From the NCBI GenBank assembly GCA_964486045.1, contig CAZALK010000002.1:256001-320000 (forward strand): 64,000 bases of DNA. The letters run 5' to 3'. The notes beneath the pieces are model-generated. The model was given only the letters and a program-made list of their open reading frames with translations, had not been told where the DNA came from and did not search any database. This DNA comes from an uncultured archaeon. Its GTDB lineage: Archaea > Asgardarchaeota > Lokiarchaeia > Sigyniarchaeales > SOKP01. Of the stretch, positions 52,284-59,989 are shown one piece after another (within the stretch, counting starts at the first letter, position 1; every line of letters begins with the position of its first letter). Both the position numbers and the translations under genes were made by a program.

Positions 52284-54218
52284 GTGAAAAACATGAGTAA
52301 AACTAAGGAAATACCAGTTCCTGATGAAGTTAAAGGATTTACGCAAGTAAGACTTGATGTGGATCTCACTAATGGAAAAATTGGAAAAACTAAACTATCT
52401 AATGAATTCTGTCGCGACTGGATTGGGGGATATGGATTCGGTGCTAAAGTACTTTGGGATGAATGTCCAGCTGGAGTTGACCCCTTAAGCCCAGAAAATG
52501 TATTTGTGTACGCACAAGGTCCATTTCCGGGAACCATCCTTCCTACAAGTTCTAAATATGGTGTATTTGCGAAATCTCCGTTAACTGGTATGTTTGGGAT
52601 GGCAATCTCTTCTGGATCTGTCGGTGCTCAAGCTCGACGCGCTGGAATCAATATGATTGTGATTAAAGGAAAAGCTCCAGAACCTGTTTACTTGGTTGTC
52701 GACGACGATGATTATTATCTCGTTCCTTGTAAAGATAGTGTTTGGGGAAAAGGTTGTTGGGAGACGGAAGAACTTTTAAGAGAAGAATTTCAAGATCAAC
52801 GACTAGGAATAATGACTATAGGGCCAGGAGGAGAACGTGGTGGGTTTATGGGATGTATCACTAATGATCGCAATAGACAGGCTGGAAGAACTGGAATGGG
52901 TGCCGTAATGGGATCCAAAAACCTTAAAGCAATATGTTTTAGAGGTACTAAAGGTATTAGTGTTGCTCATCCTGTTGAGTTCTTCAAACTTGCTAAAAAA
53001 CTAATAAAAGTCGCAAATGGTCCTGCTACAGCAAAATATCGTGATTTAGGCACTCCTGCAGGCATTACAAGTTATAATAAGTTAGGGATGATGCCAATAT
53101 TTAATCATCGTGAAGGTACCTGGGATAAGATTGATGATGGAACTTTTACAGGTGATATACTTAATCAAGACTGGGTAGTTAAAAAGGTTGCTTGTTCACA
53201 ATGCTCGATAGGCTGTGATCACATTACTAAGGTACCAAAAGACCATCCGAATTGGCCTAATCTCTATTCAAGTATTGATCAAGAATTATGTTATAGCTTT
53301 GGAACTGCATGCGGTAATTATGATTGGCCAAGTGTTTTCAAATGTGTCTCACTTGCTGATGATTTGGGTATTGATGCTATAAGTGGAGGGGCCACAGCTG
53401 CCATGGCTTGTGAGTGCTTCGAGGAAGGTATTATCACTAAGAAAGATTTAGGATATGAACTACCTTTTGGCTCTACTATCAATCTAGTAAGATTTACTGA
53501 GGAAATGGCTCTAGGTAAAGGCTTTGCGGGTAAGATTTTTGGAGATGGAACAAGAGTAGCAGGAAAACGATTAGAAGAAATGGGTAGAAAAAATGCAAGC
53601 TATTATGCCATGCATGTAAAAGGTTTAGAAATACCTGCTTTTGATGTACATGGAATGAGTTCATTCGCAGTTGGAATGAGCGTTTCTATTCGTGGTGCAT
53701 GCCACTTGCGTAATGGTTCTTACGGTCTTGATGCTAAAGGTAAATTTGACAGATTTGGTTACGATAAACCAGTTGAAAGAGGGGAAGCAATAAAAGTATT
53801 AGAAGATATCTATGGGATAATTGATTCTTATATCGTTTGCAAATTTACTCGGGGAATTTACGAAAATGATGCTGAAATGGCTAAAGTTTTCGAACTTGTT
53901 ACTGGAATCCCTGTAACTGAGAAATTCATACAACATCGAGGAGAAGCGATAGTAAACCTTTCAAAATGCTTTAATATTCGAGAAGGATGGAAACGAGAAG
54001 ACGATCATCCTCCAGAAAGATTTTTCAAGCAACCTCATACAAGAGGTCCTGCAAAAGGCGTTGTTTTGAAGGAAGATGGATATCAAGAGGTGCTAAGTGG
54101 TTATTTTGAAGCTCGTGGATGGGATACTAAAACAGGAATTCCAACTGATGAGAAGTTAAAATCGCTTGGATTAGACTTTGTTGTTGGTAAATTACAACCT
54201 GCTGGAGGGAAGAAATAA
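52284..54218 (+). CDS. aor: Aldehyde:ferredoxin oxidoreductase family protein
   Basis: KSPLTG, AGRTGMGAVMGSKNLKA, CSQCSIGC, GIDAIS, KGLE and RGACH motifs. Confidence 0.92.
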   Translation: MKNMSKTKEIPVPDEVKGFTQVRLDVDLTNGKIGKTKLSNEFCRDWIGGYGFGAKVLWDECPAGVDPLSPENVFVYAQGPFPGTILPTSSKYGVFAKSPLTGMFGMAISSGSVGAQARRAGINMIVIKGKAPEPVYLVVDDDDYYLVPCKDSVWGKGCWETEELLREEFQDQRLGIMTIGPGGERGGFMGCITNDRNRQAGRTGMGAVMGSKNLKAICFRGTKGISVAHPVEFFKLAKKLIKVANGPATAKYRDLGTPAGITSYNKLGMMPIFNHREGTWDKIDDGTFTGDILNQDWVVKKVACSQCSIGCDHITKVPKDHPNWPNLYSSIDQELCYSFGTACGNYDWPSVFKCVSLADDLGIDAISGGATAAMACECFEEGIITKKDLGYELPFGSTINLVRFTEEMALGKGFAGKIFGDGTRVAGKRLEEMGRKNASYYAMHVKGLEIPAFDVHGMSSFAVGMSVSIRGACHLRNGSYGLDAKGKFDRFGYDKPVERGEAIKVLEDIYGIIDSYIVCKFTRGIYENDAEMAKVFELVTGIPVTEKFIQHRGEAIVNLSKCFNIREGWKREDDHPPERFFKQPHTRGPAKGVVLKEDGYQEVLSGYFEARGWDTKTGIPTDEKLKSLGLDFVVGKLQPAGGKK

Positions 54219-54221
54219 GAA

Positions 54222-54776
54222 ATGTCAAAAACTACCAAAAAGAGAGGCGGAGTTATTCATCAGTTTATTATTGTTGACCCTAATTTATGCAGTGGATGCG
54301 AAACATGCGAATCTGTATGCTCTTTTGTGCATGACGGAGAATTTAATCCAATAAATACAAGAATTCACAGAGTAAGAATTGAACCAGTTTTAAATGTCGC
54401 ATTAGCGTGTCAGAAGTGTGATGATGCGCCATGCGTTCGTAGTTGTCCTGAAAAGGCTTTGGAACAAGATAAAGAAACAGGTTCTATTATTGTAGATGAT
54501 GATAAGTGTAACGGATGTGCTTTTTGTATTCGTGCGTGCGACTTTGGCGTTCTCAACTTACATATACAATCTCAAAAGGCGCTTATTTGTGATCTATGCA
54601 TTACCATGAGAGATGACTATATCAATCCTGAAAGAGGAGAAAAATATCCCGCATGCATTGATCTCTGTCCAAAAGAAGCGATTTCATTGAAAGACGTAGA
54701 ACAAATCGGTGAAGAGAAGCGGATCGATGCTGTCAAACGGCTTTTTGGTGAAATTCTTTCAGAATCCGAAGGATAA
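54222..54776 (+). CDS. Polyferredoxin subunit (4Fe-4S dicluster, DmsB/CooF-like) of the AOR
   Basis: CSGCETCESVC, CQKCDDAPCVRSCP, CNGCAFCIRAC and CDLC...CIDLCP; 3 bp after aor. Confidence 0.9.
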   Translation: MSKTTKKRGGVIHQFIIVDPNLCSGCETCESVCSFVHDGEFNPINTRIHRVRIEPVLNVALACQKCDDAPCVRSCPEKALEQDKETGSIIVDDDKCNGCAFCIRACDFGVLNLHIQSQKALICDLCITMRDDYINPERGEKYPACIDLCPKEAISLKDVEQIGEEKRIDAVKRLFGEILSESEG

Positions 54777-54801
54777 ATCTTACTTTTTTTTATATTCTTT
54801 T
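54722..54801 (+). repeat. 80-bp perfect direct repeat, left copy (3' end of ferredoxin gene + T-tract)
   Basis: Identical to 58101-58180 by base-by-base comparison. Confidence 0.95.
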
Positions 54802-55568
54802 TTTTCTAACTCTTTAATTAATTTTACTATCTTTTTTTCTCCATTAATGCTTAGATAGCATACTCCACTTTTACGGTAGATTAACCTTTTATTCTCCAAG
54901 TTATAAAGTGAGGTTGTTATATTTGCTTTTGAATGAAGTTTAATCATCTCTTTTATTTTATCGATCTCACATCTTCTATCTACGGAAAAGTATAATAAAC
55001 TTAATATTTCATTAGCAGCAGATAGAGAGGCTAATACCAAAATGTCGCCTTCAAATCTCTGAATATGCGGTGTTGGAATTTCAATAATTTCATCAATCAG
55101 TGAATTACTATCCACTAAGCTCATATTTGAATAAATACGGATCATTTCAGCTAAGGACCACTTGGATATACTTATTACATAATAGGCATCAATCTTATTA
55201 GATATAAAATCATTTGAATGTGCACCATCACGAGAATTTCGAAACTTATAAGCAATTTTAAGTGAATCAGCGACAAGTGATTTTACGGATGGTTGAATTT
55301 TTTGAAGTGTTATTGCAGTTTTAAGTCTTTTTCTAATTTTCGTAAGATTTGGTTTAGAAGCGATGCTTTGCCTAGCAGCAAAGTCTAAAACTTGGTAAAA
55401 ATCTTCAATAAATTTGCCACATTTTACAAGAACTATTTCGTAATTATTTAAAAGAAATTCAGAGACCATTTCTTCATATTTATCTACTAACTTATCTACT
55501 TGGTTGATGTTAGCAACAGATTTTAAAATTTTGTTTATTTGTCCTTTTTTTTCCTTTGCAGAAATCAT
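54780..55568 (-). CDS. HEPN-like putative RNase (RNSRDGAH) with C-terminal winged helix
   Basis: R-x6-H in YKFRNSRDGAH within an all-helical domain; C-terminal NITTSLYNLENKRLI...YLSINGEK. Stop codon lies inside the direct repeat. Confidence 0.6.
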   Translation of the reverse strand: MISAKEKKGQINKILKSVANINQVDKLVDKYEEMVSEFLLNNYEIVLVKCGKFIEDFYQVLDFAARQSIASKPNLTKIRKRLKTAITLQKIQPSVKSLVADSLKIAYKFRNSRDGAHSNDFISNKIDAYYVISISKWSLAEMIRIYSNMSLVDSNSLIDEIIEIPTPHIQRFEGDILVLASLSAANEILSLLYFSVDRRCEIDKIKEMIKLHSKANITTSLYNLENKRLIYRKSGVCYLSINGEKKIVKLIKELEKKEYKKK

Positions 55569-55571
55569 TTC

Positions 55572-56054
55572 TTATAGTTGTCCTTTCTTTTTAATTAGTT
55601 CTTCAGCATTTAGGATCCCAGTTTTTGTGATCTCGAACCCTTTTTTATTATCAATTTCAGAAGAGCTTCTTAGTAATCCTCTTCTTATAAGGTTATTCAA
55701 TGTATCTGACATATTTTTAGGTTTAACTGCTCTTGTTTTATTGAATCTATCTTTAATGTGATCAACATTAAAATTTGTAATATTCTCAAATTTAAATAAG
55801 TAGTAACTTATTATTAAAGCCGTATCAGAATATGTACCAGGTCTAATTCCTGCAATTAATTCCGATAATGTTAAGGGTGTCTCTTGCTGAATTTCATTGA
55901 TAATTTTTGGTAAGTGTCTAGTATTTTGAAGTAAATAAGATAAAACAACCTTAAAAGCCTCTAATTTATATTGATTATCAATTTTATCAACAATGCTAAT
56001 TGCAAATTCGATCTTTTCTTTCAATTTTTTTTCAAGTTCATTCATATCTATCAC
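55572..56054 (-). CDS. Winged-helix protein of unknown function
   Basis: PKNMSDTLNNLIRRGLL...FEITKTG wHTH-type tail. Confidence 0.65.
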   Translation of the reverse strand: MIDMNELEKKLKEKIEFAISIVDKIDNQYKLEAFKVVLSYLLQNTRHLPKIINEIQQETPLTLSELIAGIRPGTYSDTALIISYYLFKFENITNFNVDHIKDRFNKTRAVKPKNMSDTLNNLIRRGLLRSSSEIDNKKGFEITKTGILNAEELIKKKGQL

Positions 56055-56066
56055 ATAATAATAATT

Positions 56067-56657
56067 TTAAATCTCTTCTAAGATTGTTTTTAAATAATCT
56101 GGTGCACAATATATATTGACTCTATACTCTCCACGTTCGACTCTTTTTAATTTATCTTCCTTGACTAAGTCAGATAACCTTGAGCGAACTTGTTGGATTT
56201 CTAAATTCAATTTTTCAGATATATATTCAGCTGTCACGGTATCTTCCTTTATTAGATTTTCTTCAAATAAAAGCATTTTTTCAAGAGAAGAAATATAAAT
56301 TTGTTCAACATTTTTTAAATCTTTTAATCTAATTTTATAAATCAAGTCTCCTTCCCTACTAAATTTAAAGAATTTGCTAGCTAACATTTTAGTTTTAGAA
56401 ATAAAACTAGAAAAATCTTCGAAAAGAATTGAATTTTTAATATCATCTGGATTACTAATATTTTCATTTCTTTCATTATGATCTATTACTTTTAATTTGG
56501 GTTTAGGTTCATGAAAATTATTGTTTTGTAATAATTCTCTTTTTTCATCTATGAAGTTTAAAAATTTATCTAAAAAACTAAAAAAATCACCCTCTTTAAT
56601 AGAATCTTCAACTTCTAAATTAAATCCGATATAACTAAAATTTATTTTAAAATTGAT
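56067..56657 (-). CDS. Winged-helix protein, 196 aa with probable non-canonical ATC start (track shows only the last 106 aa)
   Basis: Frame is open 90 codons upstream of ATG 56387; GAGGTG lies 8 nt before the ATC; the N-terminus is homologous to the upstream gene; C-terminal VRSRLSDLVKEDKLKRVERGEY. Confidence 0.65.
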   Translation of the reverse strand: MNFKINFSYIGFNLEVEDSIKEGDFFSFLDKFLNFIDEKRELLQNNNFHEPKPKLKVIDHNERNENISNPDDIKNSILFEDFSSFISKTKMLASKFFKFSREGDLIYKIRLKDLKNVEQIYISSLEKMLLFEENLIKEDTVTAEYISEKLNLEIQQVRSRLSDLVKEDKLKRVERGEYRVNIYCAPDYLKTILEEI

Positions 56658-56662
56658 AGTAT

Positions 56663-57286
56663 TTACACCTCAACAAGTTCGCTCAATTGCTTCAAACATT
56701 TCCTAGCTTCCAAAATCCCTTGCTGAGTAATTCTATAAGTTTTACCATCAATTTTTACAAATTTAGTATAATTTCCTCTAAACGCTTTTGATAAAGAAGT
56801 CGGATCGATGTTTGATTTTGTTAAAATCGGTGTGAGGATTTTTGAGGAAACTTTATCCTCATTATTGATTAAATTATTTTCATAAAGGAGCACTAAAATT
56901 GCTATTCGTTGTTGCTCCGTTCTTGTATCCTTTTCTATTGGTATTAAAATTGGGGGAATTTTTGTTTCAGCTCCAAAATCAAAGATCATTTGAATTTTAT
57001 CAGGTGAAATTCTTGAATCTTTTGCGAGTAGAAAAATCTCATCAGAAGTTTTATCACTTTGAATATTTATTGAATTGGTTAATTTCCCAATTCTCTTTCT
57101 ATAAATTTCATCATGTGCTAAACGAGGTATTTGTGATTCCATCTCTTTCATAGAAATAATACTTTCATTAGATGAAATGAATTCTATTATTCTCTCGAAA
57201 AACTCAAATATATCACCGTCGTACTCAAAATTTTCTACTTCAATAAGTACTCCTTTTACATTCAATTTTATCTTTATATTTGTCAA
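56663..57286 (-). CDS. Hypothetical protein with C-terminal winged-helix-like tail
   Basis: TTG start; C-terminal TYRITQQGILEA; first gene of the island operon. Confidence 0.65.
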   Translation of the reverse strand: MTNIKIKLNVKGVLIEVENFEYDGDIFEFFERIIEFISSNESIISMKEMESQIPRLAHDEIYRKRIGKLTNSINIQSDKTSDEIFLLAKDSRISPDKIQMIFDFGAETKIPPILIPIEKDTRTEQQRIAILVLLYENNLINNEDKVSSKILTPILTKSNIDPTSLSKAFRGNYTKFVKIDGKTYRITQQGILEARKCLKQLSELVEV

Positions 57287-58100
57287 AATTCTAACCTTAA
57301 TGTGTTTATCAATATTTTTAAAGAAAAATCAAATTTAAAGTTTTGTAAAAAACATTTAGATGATTTTTTTTTTGCTTCGTTTATTCTTTTAAATAGGGAA
57401 TTCGATGTCTTTTTTAATAAAATAAACAAGAGTTCATCAATTTCTACATATTCAACGGTATTATGTACATATTATATTCGGATTTATTTTATAGTGTTAA
57501 TATTAATTAGTTAATATATAGGTTGTAGATTTATGTTTAAATTCATTTATAAATAAAACCATTTTTTTTAATAAAAATACAATAGTTTTTATATATTCAA
57601 TATTCCTTTATTTGAGATTAATAAGACTGAATTATCCCTTACAATTATTTGGTTAAGTTTGCAAACAGTTTCTTAGGACAGATTTAACTATGATTTTGGT
57701 TTTTACTAGAATGAAGGGAAAGTGATAACTCGATTTATAAGAAAAAACGAATCAATATCTACTTGTGAGTAGATGTGTATTATTATCTCAAATCTATGTT
57801 ATTGCTAAATACTAACAAACATACTTTTTATTTGAAATTATCTATTCGTTTTACAGAAATTATGATGAATCAAGATTCGTATAATATTATTTTAAAATTT
57901 TTAATTGCTTTTGGTAGATAATAAAAGATCTCAAATAATTTAAAAAGGAGAAGTGGACTAGTTCTATTAAGTTTTTTCGAGTTTATCTAAAAAAACTGAA
58001 GATTAACTATTTGCTTTTTTTTGTTTGATTTTTTTATTTGAATTTTTCAGTTGATTGGGTTGAATTCTCCATCACTGACAAATAACGAACAGATTAAGCA

Positions 58101-58180
58101 GATCGATGCTGTCAAACGGCTTTTTGGTGAAATTCTTTCAGAATCCGAAGGATAAATCTTACTTTTTTTTATATTCTTTT
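58101..58180 (+). repeat. 80-bp perfect direct repeat, right copy
   Basis: Identical to 54722-54801. Confidence 0.95.
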
Positions 58181-58299
58181 ATTTTTAGTTTCTTATATGT
58201 AAATCTTGCTTAATTTAGATTCACATAGAACATTAAAAAAAGTTAATTTTATTAAGACTTACGTCGTTAATTACTTTAAAATTATCTTAGTGAAATTAT

Positions 58300-59436
58300 A
58301 TGGTTGAAATACATGGATTTTGTGATGAGCAATTTAAATCAGTTAAAGAGGCTTTTACTCAAAATTTTGAGGAAGGATTAGAAGTCGGTGCCTCTTTTGC
58401 AGCTACTTTAAACGGTAAACCTGTAATAGACATATGGGCGGGATATAGTGATGCCGCCCAAACAAAACCTTGGGAAAAGGATACCATAGTAAACGTATAT
58501 TCAACGACAAAGGTAATGACTGCAATATGTACACTCATGTGTGTTGATCGAGGATTATTAGATCTCGATGCACCTGTTGCTAAATATTGGCCAGAGTTTG
58601 CTCAAGGAGGTAAAGAGAAAATACCAGTTAGAAATCTCCTCAGCCATACTGCAGGTCTTTCTGGTTTCGATAAACCTATTTCAATAGAAACTTTGTATAA
58701 TTGGGAAAAAGTTGTAAACTTACTGGCTGCGCAAAAACCTTGGTGGGAACCCGGAACTAAAAGTGGTTATCATGCTATTACATTTGGTCATCTTTTAGGC
58801 GAACTAGTACGTCGAGTAACTGGGAAAACTATTGGAACATTTTTCAAAGAAGAAGTAGCAGATCCCCTTGGCGCAGATTTCCATATTGGTCTTCCTGAGG
58901 AACATGATTCTCGGGTTGGTGAATTAATCCCACCTCCCGAAATGGATTTGAGTCAGTTAGGAGCTGTTGATCCAAACTCTGTAGCAGTAAAGACATTTAT
59001 GAGTGTTGCAACTAGTCCTGCAGAAACTAAGACTCGTGCTTGGCGTGCTGCTGAGATTCCTGCCGCTAATGGACATGGAAATGCTCGGGCTGTGGCTAGA
59101 ATAACATCTGCAGTGGCATGTGGTGGTGAAATTGATGGAGTACGTTTATTTTCCTTAGAAACAATAGAAAAAGCTTTAGAGGAACAATCCTATGGAACGG
59201 ATTTAGTACTTATGGTGCCAATACGTTTTGGTTTAGGTCTTGGTCTCCAGGGAAAAGAAGCTCCTATAGGACCGAATCAACGTGTTTTATACTGGGGCGG
59301 ATGGGGAGGTTCTGTAAGTATAATGGATCTTGATGCTAAGTTAAGCATTGCCTATGTTATGAACAAAATGGTATCAACCTTGACAGGAGATCCTCGAAGT
59401 GTAAGACCCATTGAAGCATTATATAACTCATTGTAG
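58300..59436 (+). CDS. Serine hydrolase, class C beta-lactamase / family VIII esterase
   Basis: S-x-x-K (STTK), LLSHTAG, YHAITF and WGGWGGS motifs. Confidence 0.9.
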   Translation: MVEIHGFCDEQFKSVKEAFTQNFEEGLEVGASFAATLNGKPVIDIWAGYSDAAQTKPWEKDTIVNVYSTTKVMTAICTLMCVDRGLLDLDAPVAKYWPEFAQGGKEKIPVRNLLSHTAGLSGFDKPISIETLYNWEKVVNLLAAQKPWWEPGTKSGYHAITFGHLLGELVRRVTGKTIGTFFKEEVADPLGADFHIGLPEEHDSRVGELIPPPEMDLSQLGAVDPNSVAVKTFMSVATSPAETKTRAWRAAEIPAANGHGNARAVARITSAVACGGEIDGVRLFSLETIEKALEEQSYGTDLVLMVPIRFGLGLGLQGKEAPIGPNQRVLYWGGWGGSVSIMDLDAKLSIAYVMNKMVSTLTGDPRSVRPIEALYNSL

Positions 59437-59469
59437 TTCTTCTTTTTTTTTTTGGTAATTCGAGAATCT

Positions 59470-59519
59470 GAATCCGAAGGGTAAAAATTAATTTTTTTTA
59501 ATATCTTTTTTATTTTAGT
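59470..59519 (+). repeat. Degenerate third copy of the distal half of the island repeat
   Basis: GAATCCGAAGG exact; 27 of the first 31 bases match 58141-58171. Confidence 0.6.
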
Positions 59520-59594
59520 AATTTTTCTTTTATGAAAAGTATAATTTACTGCTCATTTTTTCTATTATCAAGAATTTCATTTTTTATTGTTCGA

Positions 59595-59880
59595 TCAAGG
59601 ATTAACTACCTCTGTCTCAGTTCCAATAACAATAAATGATCCATCTCCAGAAATAGCAAGAGCATCTGTATAAACTTGACTTCCGTGATCATAACTCCAA
59701 ACCTCTTGTACACTAGACATATGAAGGTTTTCCGTTTTTTGTTGTATATAATTGCCATTCAAAACTAAGGGAAAAATATTTATTCTCACAATTTTTTTCA
59801 AGGAAATTCAAGTTGAATAAAAAATGAGAAGAGAATGAGTCCTCCTATAGCAATTACTAATTTAATGAGAAATCCAGCAA
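59595..59880 (-). pseudogene. Remnant of a secreted beta-propeller (WD40/PQQ-like) gene
   Basis: VWSYDHGSQVYTDALAISGDGSFIVIGT resembles one propeller blade; an upstream hydrophobic stretch in another frame is stop-interrupted. Confidence 0.4.
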
Positions 59881-59989
59881 AGCGGAGTCAGTCACGGGTC
59901 TTATGTAAGATGTAAAAGAAATATATAGCAATTTATATCAAATTGAGAATTGAGTGAAAATAAAAAAAAAAGAGAGTTAATGACTTTTT

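Larger units (their letters stand above)
54722..58180. mobile_element. Integrase-free island bounded by 80-bp direct repeats
   Basis: Four opposite-strand genes and an AT-rich leader between identical copies of the target gene end; no recombinase inside. Confidence 0.7.

Noticed and set aside
174-57514. Many short ORFs in the track that are antisense to or nested in longer genes (e.g. 174-383, 4846-5154, 13859-14194, 42451-42888, 46380-46799), plus 57302-57514
   Set aside because: They are shadows of well-supported genes or low-complexity AT-rich frames with no motifs.
57287-58049. Integrase or transposase remnant in the island leader
   Set aside because: No recombinase or DDE motifs were recognisable in the frames I read; it appears to be AT-rich non-coding DNA.
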